Shown: positions 23,348 to 33,933 of the stretch, piece by piece
Layout: the number at the start of each line of letters is the position of its first letter
Position numbering within the stretch: position 1 is the stretch's first letter
From: Dudresnaya verticillata
Taxonomy: Eukaryota
Length of the DNA stretch: 64,000 nucleotides
Direction: 5' to 3'
Assembly: GCA_977862235.1 (NCBI GenBank)
Contig: OZ374557.1
Coordinates: 3,472,001 to 3,536,000 of the forward strand
Translations under genes and position numbers: made by a program
The notes under the pieces: generated by a model
The model's database searches: none
Told to the model about the DNA's origin: nothing
The model's input: only the letters and a program-made list of their open reading frames with translations

Positions 23348-26300
23348 GTGCGGTCGCGCGCACCGTCTCTCTCTACCCCAGACCCACCATCCTCCGCCCA
23401 GCCGTCGACGGCAGGCAGGACGTCGAAACCCAACCAACGAGGGACCCCCTCGCCAAGCAGAGCTGAGGGGCCCCTTTGCGACGAGCCGTCGAAGGCCACT
23501 CGCTCCAGGCCACCTTGGCCCCCGCGGCGTCGACGCAAGCGACAGGCACGACGCCGAGCTCATAGGGGTCCGTCGACGGATCCCGAGGCACCCTCCGCTC
23601 GACGCGAAGGTGCCATGGCTCACTGCTTCGACACGGAGCCGGCCACTACACCAGACGGGTATGTGTGCCTCTTGTCCTCGGAGATATACCGCGTGTCTGG
23701 GTCGCTAGGCACTGACCCAGGGGTAATGATACCCCACACCATTGCGGTGGACACCGGCTCCGGGTACAACCTCATTGCGAAGCGGGCGCTGCCGCCCGGA
23801 TGCGACCAGCACGCGGCGGCGATGGAGTCGACTCCTCGCCTCGCCGGGGCTGATAAGACCCCACTGAGCCTATCAGGGGTAGTGCACCTCTCGATGAGGT
23901 TGGGGAACACCACGTTCCGCGTTCCATTCATAGTGGTAGACACCTTGGCCGTCGACGTCCTGGTGGGAACGCAGTTCCTCAATGCGCACGTGCGAGGCAT
24001 CGACGTCGAATCAAAACGCCTATCGCTCCGACGTGGGGGCTCGGTACCCCTCCTCAAGCGTAGTAGATCTGCCGAGGACCGCAAGCTGGCATCGAAGCCG
24101 AAGAACCCGTCGACGGGTTTGTCGAGGAAGCACCAGAGGGAGCTCCTCGACTGGGATCACGACACTCACACCATCTGCCTCTCTAGGCAGATGGTGCTCC
24201 CAGCCCATTCCCAAAGGCTCGTCTCCGTGACTTCAGGAGCAAGTGGGCTGATCCACACCGAGCCCAAACCCTCGTTACAGTTCCGCCACGGCGTGAGACT
24301 TACCAACGGTGTGCACGACGTCGAGTCGATGCGACCCTTCGGGGTCATCGTCGGGAACTTCACCGACAAGCCTCGGACCCTGCCTAAGGGTACCGTTGTC
24401 GGCTACGCGGTTAGGAACCCGGTGGCGCTGATAACTCCGGACCGCAAAGTCGCTGAGGAGTTTGGGCGGGTGATGAACATCACCACCCTACCACCACAGG
24501 GGCAGAGGCCCCCGGTCAATCAGGATGCCGTGGAACCATCCACCTCGCCGTCGACGGCGAAGGGCACCGACGCCCAGCCGCTGCAGGGCGCAGCTACCGC
24601 CGCAGCGAAGGCCAACCCGTCCGTCGAGGACTGGGAGGCGCAGGTCGATCTCTCGTCTATCGAAGACGAGGTGACCCGCAAGGGGGTCCTCTTCATGCTC
24701 AGGACGCATCAGTCCATGTGGGACGGGAGGCTGGGCACTATTGCAGCCACCCGACACCACGCCGACGTGGAACGGGGCACTCGCCCCATCCACTCCATGC
24801 CCTACCGACAGGGCCCTGCCATGCGCAAGCTGGTGCAGGACGAGGTGGATAACATGCTTCGTGCAGGGGTTATCGAACCCGCCGCCTCGGAATGGGCATC
24901 GCCAGTAGTCCTGGCGCCCAAGAAGGACGGCACACTTAGGTTTTGCGTGGACTATCGACGTCTCAACACGAAAACGCTAAGTGATGCGTACCCTCTCCCG
25001 AGGATGGACGACTGCATCGACAGTCTAGGCGACGCAGCCGTCTTCTCGACGTTGGAATGCAACGCGGGGTACTGGCAAATCCCTGCCGCAGAGGCTGACT
25101 GGGATAAAACCACGTTCATTTCGTTCTTAGGGACGTTTCGCTACTTGCGAATGCCCTTCGGGCTGAAGAACGCCCCCGCGACTTTCCAGCGCGCACTGGA
25201 CATCATCCTCAGCGGAGTCCGATGGCAGTGTTGCCTGATCTATCTAGAAGATGTGATCATTTTCTCGCGGTCGATCGTGGAGCACGTTGGTCATCTCGAC
25301 CAAGTGCTGACTCTGTTGCACAAGGGAGGAGTATCCCTGAAACTGAAGAAGTGCCACTTCTTTCAGTCGCGCGTTGGCTATCTAGGCCACGTCATCGAAC
25401 CGGGGAAGCTACGCATGGCGCAGACAAGCAGCGACGCTTTCCGCCATGCGCAGTTCCCGACCTCTCTGACGAAGGTGAGGTCGTTCCTCGGCGCGTGCAA
25501 TGTCTATCGCCGCTTCGTGCGCAACTTTGCGAAGATCGCGCGTCCTCTGACGAACATGACCCGCAAAGACGCGAATGTGGATTTCGACAATCCAAGCGCC
25601 GACGCGCTCGAGGCAGATGAGATGCTCAGAGCGAAGCTCATCTCGCCCCTATCCTACGGCTGCCCAAGACGGGTAGACCCTACGTCCTCGATACGGACGC
25701 ATCAGCTTATCAGCTCGGATGCGCCCTACTGCAGGAGCAGGAGGACGGCCAGCTCCACCCAGTCGGGTACTGGTCCTACTCGCTCAACTCGGCGGAGCGA
25801 AATTACTCCGCCACTGAGCGTGAGTGCTTCACAGTGGTGTGGTCGATCACAACCCTTCGGCCCTACATCGAAGGCTCGCGATTCACGGTTCGAACCGATC
25901 ACGATGCGCTTCGATGGCTGATGTCGCTGACCGACTCTTCGGGTCGACTGACCCGGTGGCGCCTGCGGCTCGCGGAATTCGATTTCCAGATCGAGTACCG
26001 CCCCGGGCGGGTACGCCAAGTCCCGGATGCCCTGTCCCGCTTGGTTCGGCCCAAGCGGAAACAGGAGGAGGTTGACGACGACGTCCCTACCTTTGACCCC
26101 CCGGCGATCGACCGCCCGCAAGGGGAGTCCTCGGCTGAGACGCCGGTGGCACGTTCGGGTACAGAACCCGCGGCTCCTATCTTGGTAACCACACGCTCGC
26201 GGGCCAACGTATCTACGCGTTCGGCCCCAGCGCAGCCAGTCCCGAAGCCAGTCCGGGGAAGCAGCACCGGCACCGCGCCCAAGACGGTCGCGGCAGACGA

Positions 26301-27949
26301 ACCCCCGGACTTGGCCGACGAAGCGGCGTGGGACGACACCGACGACGTCGACCTCTTCGATCTCCTCCGCGTCGACGAGGGAGACGAGCCATCGGACTTG
26401 ACGTCCGTGGAGCCAGTGAAGCTCCCTTCACCTATTTCCGTCGAGGAATTTGTGGACGCGCAGCGGCACGACTCCTTCTGCCAGACCGTACTGGCCAGGC
26501 AGTCCCGTCGACGGGATAGCCATTTTTACGAGGACGGGGATGGGCTTCTATGCCGCCATCATCCGGTCATAGCTTCGCTAGACCAGATAGTGGTGCCCGA
26601 GTCGATACAGCCTCGGCTGCTCACGCTCGCGCACCACTCCCTCCTCGCGGGCCACCCAGGGCAGAACAAGATGTTCTATTCCCTGCGTGAGACCTACTAC
26701 TGGCCACATATGGCGGCCAGAATCGCCATGACAGTAAGAAACTGCAGGCACTGTGCCCGTAACCGCATTCGACTGCGAAGACACCTTCATAGACTGAAGC
26801 TGTTCCCGGCCACCAGGCCGCTGGAATCCGTCGCTATCGACATACTGGGCCCCTTGCCCAAGACCAAGTCTGGTCGCAAATTCCTCGTCGTCATGACCGA
26901 CCGCATTACTAAGCTGACGCAAGTCGCGCCTCTGCGCACCATTACGGCTTACAACGTCGCAGTTGTCTTCTGTGAACAGTGGGTCTTCCACTACGGGCCC
27001 CTAGGTCCTTGCTTTCCGATAACGGAAAGCAGTTCACATCGAAGTTCTTCCAAGCCGTCTGCCGGTATTTGGGTTTGAACAACGTGTTCACCTCCGCGTA
27101 TCACCCCCAGTCGAATGGGCAGGCTGAACGCTACAACCTGACCGCCATGGCCATGTTGCGGAACTACGTCAACGATCACCAAAACGATTGGGATCGATAC
27201 GCCTCTGCGTTGACGTATTCCTACAACTGTCACGTGCACCGCTCGACGCGGACGACTCTCTTCAGCTTAGTGCTGTCACGGCCTCCGCCGGAATTTACTA
27301 AGTTTCACTCGGCGGTCGACCGCCCGAAACCTAGTGAGGATGTCCGAACGGACTTCCTCAAGCGGTTAGACACCGCTATGGGCCTGGCTTCGGCCGCCCT
27401 GGCCAAAACGCAGAAGCGTTACAAAAAGGACTTTGACCGACGGGTCCGGAAGGTCAACTCCCGCATCAAGGCCGGGGACTACGTCTTCATCGACGCAAAA
27501 GACGGGGTGACGAAACCACCGAAGTTGCAGAGCCCGGCCATCGGGCCTTATCGCGTGCTGCTCAACGACTAGCGCACGTTGTTTATCGACAGAGACGGCC
27601 TGGTCGAACGCATCGCAGCGGACCGAGCCGTCTTCTGCCCCCGCCTCTGCGGGAAGACACTGCGCGTCGAAGCGCGTACTTGCCCACCGCCGACGATCTC
27701 GCGTCTAAGGCCGTCGACGGCCCGCGGTTCGTGGTGGACAAGGTACTTGACCATGGCACGGCCGAAGACGGCACGCTGCTCTTCCAGGTCAAGTGGACCG
27801 GCTACTCTAAGCCGACTTGGAAACCTCGATCCCATTTGCCGGAGGAGATGGTGAGCCAATACTTCCGCGCGCAGAAGCGTCGGAAGAGCTCTGGGCTCGA
27901 CGCCCCATCCCTTTCACTCACCCCCTCGGCGGGGGCGCCTCGTGCTTAA
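23348..27949 (+). pseudogene. Gypsy pol: protease, RT, RNase H, integrase, chromodomain; disrupted
   Basis: AVDTGSG; RT motifs; RNase H; integrase AHHSLLAGHPG...CRHC, AIDILGP, SDNGKQF, YHPQSNGQAER and GPY; chromodomain FVVDKVLDH...FQVKWTGYSKPTW. Frameshifts near 25650, 27000 and 27640, and a stop at 27570. Confidence 0.95.
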
Positions 27950-29380
27950 GGAGGGGGCCCCAGGCATTCTTTGCCTGTTATTGCCCTCATCCAGGCATCC
28001 TTTGCCTTTGTCCAGCGACGGAAACACGTGGGGCCTAAGCCCCACGGCAAGGGCATGATTTTCGGCTGCCTAAGCCGGCGGCCCAAGCCGAAAGCACCCC
28101 GCGCCGATGGCAGAGGCCAAGGAGCAGGGGTACTCTGCGAACTGCGCATCGCAGGGACTCTGGGCACGACGCCTTGCGCCACTACCGGCTCGACGCCCGG
28201 CAGTAGCGACGTCCCGATACGCGAAAGACAACCCGCACCGTCGAGGGTTGTCTGGCCAACGCCGACGCGAAGCCGCGCACAGGTGGCGAAGGGCAGGCGT
28301 CGACGCCCCCTTCTCCACCGCCACGCGGCAGAAGCCCAGGCGAAAACGAGGGCACGCGCACGCGGAGTCGACTCGGACGGAGGGCATTCGCCATATGCGC
28401 ACGCGAAACGAGCGTCGAAGCTCGACGCGACCCTTCTGGAGAAGCCACTGAGCCATCCAAGCCGAAGCGCCACCGACGTCGACGTCAAGTGGCAGCTGCA
28501 CGCAGATGGCGGAGGGCAGGCGTCGACGCCCCCTTCACCAACGCCGCGCCGCAGCCGCGCATAATCAACACCCACCGCCATGGCGCCTAGCCGGGCGGGG
28601 TGCCAACGCGCGCAGCCCCCACGTCGATGTGGGGCGCCAGAGCCAAGAAGGCCGGCGTCCTTCAAGTTGCACCGCTGCGCTTCGACGCGCGAGCGGCACA
28701 ACCACCTCGACGATGGGAAGGCCGAGGGGACCGCGGCAGACGACCGGCCCCTGCCAAATACAGGCGCGCGCCTACCCACATTTGGGACGCGTGCGCCCCA
28801 CAAGCGCAGAGGCGCAGATTTGTGTTCAGGCTACAGTGTCTACTGTAGCCAAAAACAGTAGACACTGTAGCCAAAACACAAACAATTGGGAAAGCCCAAT
28901 GGGGTTCGACACCCCCGGGCCTCTGCCCACTCATCCAGGGGCATCGACGCCCCTGGCCTGGGGTTGGCTGCGCAATCCGCCGCCACGCTCTTGGCTACTC
29001 CCGGGGATCGGACCGCGTCGACGCGGTCCCCTCCGGCGCGCGATGCCGCAACGCCACTAGGGGCACCCGCTCCGCGCTGGCGCTCCGCATTGACGCGGCG
29101 TTGCGCGCGCTGGCAGTCCCCTGTGTGGCGTCGACGCAGGCACTGCGGACCGCCACCCGCTTCGACGCGGGTAAGGCACAATGGCACCCATGGTGAGGTG
29201 GGGCGTCGAAGCCCCACCACCTGCTACAGCGAGCATAGCTCGCACGCAGCCGTGCGGTCGAAGGCGCAGCTGTTGAAAACGCGTCGACGCGGACCGAAGT
29301 CTTCGCCCACCCCTTGCCCTTTAATGAACCAGACACGCAGAGGCGGTCTTAAAACTAGCGAGGCGATCGACCGCCTCGAA

Positions 29381-32217
29381 CTAGGATGCTTCTACAGCAT
29401 AAGCCACTACGGCATAACTACTGGGCGGCCTCGCCCCCACGACCCACGCCGGGAAAAGCGGGCGCAGAGCCCGCTGCCCCCGGCGCCGCGGCATGTAGCC
29501 CTCAACCATAGTTGTGGTTGCCGCTGGCGCTGGTGGCAGACCCCCGGCGGGAAGCGGAGGCGCCGAGCCTCCGTACGCCACTGCGCCCCCACCTATGGGA
29601 GCCGCAGGGCGGTAGGCTCCCATCGACGGGCCCCTCACTTGCGGAAGAACCTCTTGCTGTGGCACGACGCCTGCAGCACTGGGCGGCGCGGCTGCGCCGC
29701 CCTGAGTGCCTGGGTACATCAGTTGCTCGGCGCCTTGCCAAGGGGCAACCGCGCCAGACGGGCCCGGAGCGTACGACTGCATCGGCTGCATCGACGCATA
29801 CCCCGTCGGGGGCGGCTGGTACTCCTCGCGCAGCCTCTTGCGCGCCGGCGCATAATACATGCGCTGGACTTCCATGCGGAGCCTCTGCACTCGCGGGCAA
29901 AGCCGTCCCGCTCGTCGCGGTATCGAACCGCGACGGCATTGGAGGCGTTGACGTCCTCCTGCAGCGCCACTGCGCTCGATGCCAGGGCCTGCAGGAGTGT
30001 GCGTGTCGATACGCCTTGCCCGACGCGCGCCAAGGAGGCCGCGCTGCGTACAGTCGGAGCGGCCCAGACTGCCGCACTCACTGCCTCGTCCATTGGGTCG
30101 ACCACTGGAGGGGGTGGGACATAGGCCACCGCCGGCGACACAGACGGGGCCGGCGGGGGCTGGTACACCTCCACGGCAGCGGCCGGAGGGGCGCGGGCCG
30201 TCGACGGCCCCGCAGCAGACGGTCCGCCAACTGCCGCAGGGGCGGCGGGCGCACGACGCGCGGACGCCCTTGGGGGCGGCGGGATGTACGACTCGGTTGC
30301 CGCCGCCATGACGGCCGCGGCTGACCCAAGGTTAGCACCCACGCCACGACGTCGACGTCCGGCGCGCTCAGCGCGGGCCATGTCGGCCATCGAGGCGAAC
30401 CCGGAGCGCTCGAAGCGCTCCCGCCGGTCGCGCGCGCCCCGATTGCGCTGTATCTTATAGAGGGCCCCTGTCTCTGGCAAGAAGCCACACACGAACGCGT
30501 CGACGCGTGAAGAGAAGTGACGCCTCCGCGTGTGCTTCTCGGTTGCCACTGCCACTCGGCGGACTACGCCGAGCAGCTCGCCGAACCCAAACGACTTGCC
30601 ATCCGAAGGACGGAGCAAGTCCGGGAAACACGGCCTCTCGCTTGACCAGCCGGTCGCGAGGAAATTGATCAGGCGGTCGTCGAAGACCCAGCCTGTCCCC
30701 TTCGCGAGGAGCTCGCTGCAGTAGCGGCGGCCCACCTCGAAGGCGTATTCATCTGAGCGCCTAGCCAGGAGCTCACGACGAGCAGCTACGCGACCGACTG
30801 TCGCGTAGTGGAAATACCGGTCTACGGTTATCCACGGGATAGTGAATCCCGATGGTGTCTCGCGGTGGGAGTACCACTCCGCCGATGGGAACCAGGCCGC
30901 GTCGAGCGCCGGGTGCAACTTGCACCCCTTTGACGGGCGTTCTTCGCCCGGGGCCTTGCACACATTCCAGTCCCGCTCCCCGAAGCACACCCCAAAGAGG
31001 CTGCGCGCAGAGTCGGCATCGGCCAGACGGTGCGCGAGATTCACGGGCTCGTCGACGGGCACCGTGCGCATCTCTGGGATGGTGGCAGGCAGGCGCGGGG
31101 CCCACTCATCGGCGGGTGTCAGGAAGAGGGCATCGGCTGCTCTGTCCATCCGCCGAAGCTCCTCAAGGGAGGCGACGTAAGAAACGTCGCAGGGTAACCC
31201 CAACGGCGTGAGCCAGACTATGGCGTCCGCCGGGAGGAAAGCGGCATAGGCTGCCGCCCCTCCGTCCACGCTCGCGTGGGCCACCCTCAGGAGCCGCCGG
31301 ATGTCTGCCCGAGGCTCCTGCAGCCCGCGCCACTGATCCAGCGGGATCTGGTGGCGCGGCGCCCCCCAGGCGAAGAACGTCTCGGTCGGGGGCGCGTGCT
31401 GTCCAGGGGGCGCCTGGCCCATGAGGGGCGGTCCGACTGAGACCGACACCTCAATAAGAGGCACGACGGGCGCAGCGGTGGACTCACCCACGCCCGCGGC
31501 CTCCCCCTCTGCGTTGGCAGAGGCCACGGGAGACGGCGTCGGGGCCGTCGACGGCCCCATGCCAGCAGAATCGCGCGGCACAAAGGGTGCCGCCGCTGCG
31601 GGGACTTTCCCCGACCCGGATGGCGTGGGCGACCTCGACCGACTCAGGTCGAGCACCCTGGCCACCGTCGGCACCGCGGAGCGCGAAGGCTGCTCCGCGG
31701 GTGCTCCTCCTCGCGTCGACGCGGGCTGATTGCTGTGAGCCGTAGGCCCTGCGCGAGGCGGGCCAGTCGGCTGAAAGACCCGAGCCGCCGCCACTGGGCG
31801 CGGGGCGGCAGAGGCCGCCCCACTCGGGTCCTTCACTCTCTTGCCCTGCGCCGCAGAAAGGGCCACCGCCTCTGACCAGACGTCAGCGGCGGGCGTTGGG
31901 GTGGGGTTGGCGTCGACGCCACCCGACTCGGCGGAAGAAGCCGGCGCAGGAGCAGGCCCGGCCTTGCCCAGCGCACCCGTCGATGGGGGCGCTTCTTCTG
32001 GGGCAACCGTCGAAGGTTGCGCCTCTTCCGTAGCGACCGTCGAAGGTCTCTCTGCGGTTGGCGCGGCCGTCGAAGGCCGCGCCTCCCCGCCCACCGGCGC
32101 CTTTCGCACCGGCTCGGCAGGTCCACCCCCTAAGACTGACTCAGTCGAGGAGGTGGGCTTGGTAACCGGCGCCCCCTCGGCGGGGGCGCCGTCCGCGATC
32201 GGTTCGCGTGACTCCAT
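29381..32217 (-). CDS. Antisense accessory ORF of element C, unknown function (one apparent frameshift near 29890)
   Basis: 832-codon ATG ORF 29719..32217 with a ~330-aa complex core. It joins naturally to 29381..29890 (QRLRMEVQRMYY...). Confidence 0.7.
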
Positions 32218-32540
32218 CGCCGCTTCGACGCTGGCGATGGGGGAGGAGGTTGAAAGCGTCGAAAGCTTGGAGCGTATGGCACTGGTCTACAGGCAGCTGT
32301 ACGCGTGGGGGAGGGAGTGTTGGTGGTCGTGGTGAGCGATGACCAGACCACCCCCCACCCCTCGGAGCCGCAGAGGCGGCTCTCTAAATAGCCCGTCGCG
32401 GCTCAGCGCGGGCACACCCGACGTGGCATCGACGCCCGTCACCGACGGACGTCCGGGGGCCCGCTGGCCAATCCCGGGCGCCGTCTTGGCCACCCCACAG
32501 CGTGCGCGTCGTAACGGTCGCGACCGAGGCGTTCGCGCTT

Positions 32541-32549
32541 GAGGGGAGG
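32541..32549 (+). promoter_or_regulatory. Polypurine tract
   Basis: GAGGGGAGG just upstream of the 3' LTR. Confidence 0.8.
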
Positions 32550-32552
32550 TTG

Positions 32553-33389
32553 TGTGGCATAGCTGTAAGACCAGCTGTGCCACGCACGCGCAGCTGTAAG
32601 ACCAGCTGCGCCACGTGTGCACCGCTGTGCGCGCGCTGTCAGCCGGTGGCGCCGAAGCCCCGCTGAACTGTAAGGAAGTGCGCAGTGGCGTCCGCGTGCG
32701 CACGCGTACACGTGTGACACTGAAACTCCCATGTAATTTCTACGTTTATTGTTTTGTAGTGTACAGCACCGTCTAAGTGTAAGCGGCGGTCGAACGCCCT
32801 GCTGTCCTGCGCGCTGCGTGCGCGCACTCCGGCGCAGAGCCGTTGAGTGCGTGACACGCGCGCGCGCACTCTGGCGTCGAGCCGTTGAGTACGTGTGGAC
32901 CGTTTCGCCCACGCGCACCCCCGGGTTGCCGTTACCCGTACGCGTCGACACGTGTTGGGGCGCGCCGGCGCACCTCCTGGGTTGGTGCCGCCGCAGGCCC
33001 TGTAATATACCTAGTAGTCGCCCTTCTGGGCTTCAGTAAACGAAACAAGCCGGCCTACGCCAGGCTTGCCCTTTCTGCTTTGGGTTTCTTTCCCAGTCCT
33101 TCGACCTACGGCTTCCCTCTTTCCCTAGCCGTCTAAGTTTTCCTTTTCCTTTCCCTACCGTAGGCTTCGTGCCGCCCCACGACGGGGACGCAGGGATCCG
33201 GCCGCTGCTGCCCGCGTACGGTACGCCCCGTGCGCGCTCAGGCTTCGACGCCGTTGATCCACGACCGTCGACGGCGCGCGCGGCCGACACCGCCGCTCTA
33301 CAACCACAGCTACCACCCTTCGACGGGTCTGTGTGCGACTGATCGACCAGCGCAGCTAGACGTCAGTTCGACCTGACGTCTATGCCACA
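32553..33389 (+). repeat. 3' LTR of element C (837 bp)
   Basis: TGTGGCATAG...CTATGCCACA, with a single 104-bp unit. Confidence 0.95.
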
Positions 33390-33463
33390 CACATGGTGTC
33401 AGCTGCGCGCTCGAGGGCAGCGGTTCGGAGCTGCTTTTCCGACTTCCATGGCTGGCTGGCCAT
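33390..33463 (-). pseudogene. 5' end of the MULE Ulp1-like ORF
   Basis: MASQPWKSEKQLRTAALERAADTMC continues in frame as VRNIDDRDLF at 19977 once the LTR element and one CACAT copy are removed. Confidence 0.75.
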
Positions 33464-33738
33464 TGCAGAATTAGAAGGGATGGGGGTGGTGGTGGGGCAG
33501 TGTGAGGGTGGTGGTGGAGCAGTGTGAGTGTGGTGGTGGGGCAGTGTGTGGGGTGAGCGATAGGGTGAGCCGTCGTGGGGCAGTACGGGGGGTGAGCGAT
33601 AGGCTGACCCAGCTGGAGATGGCGGGACCTGGTTCTTTTTGAAATGGTGCGTTACGCTGCCATCGGGAAGTAACACGAGGGAGTAACACCGTAACGGTCT
33701 CTAACACAGTCTCTCTGTTTTCACGTGGGCGACACGTT

Positions 33739-33933
33739 GGCGACTAAGAGCGTGCCAAGAATGCGGGAGGTGGAGACCGTTTGCAATAACGAAATTCTAT
33801 TGGGGGAGCGGGAGGTGGGGACCGATGCGCCGTTGTCCCAGCGGAATGGGTGGAGACCAAAATCCTAGGCCAATCAGAGAGCAGGGTTTCTCACCCCCCT
33901 CACCCAGGGTGTGGGACAGTGGCGGGACTCCCC
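33739..33933 (-). repeat. MULE right TIR
   Basis: Inverted copy of 10395-10581, followed by the target-site duplication. Confidence 0.93.

Larger units (their letters stand above)
19983..33389 (+). mobile_element. Full-length chromovirus-type Ty3/Gypsy element C (13.4 kb), pseudogenised
   Basis: Two LTRs (TGTGGCATAG...CTATGCCACA), 5-bp TSD CACAT (19978-19982, 33390-33394), PBS, PPT and the order gag-PR-RT-RH-IN-chromodomain. Confidence 0.97.
10395..33933. mobile_element. Mutator-like DNA transposon (MULE), ~10.1 kb without the nested Gypsy element
   Basis: ~190-bp TIRs and a direct repeat CCAGTCGACG at 10385-10394 and 33934-33943 (or 8-bp CAGTCGAC if the TIR is read 1 nt longer). Internal MULE transposase, SWIM and Ulp1 remnants. 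Confidence 0.92.

Noticed and set aside
27946..30324. Overlapping ORFs such as 28886..30124 (+), 29512..30324 (+) and 27946..28803 (-), considered as env-like genes
   Set aside because: They are Arg/Ala/Pro-rich shadow frames expected in very GC-rich DNA, with no signal peptide or TM anchor.
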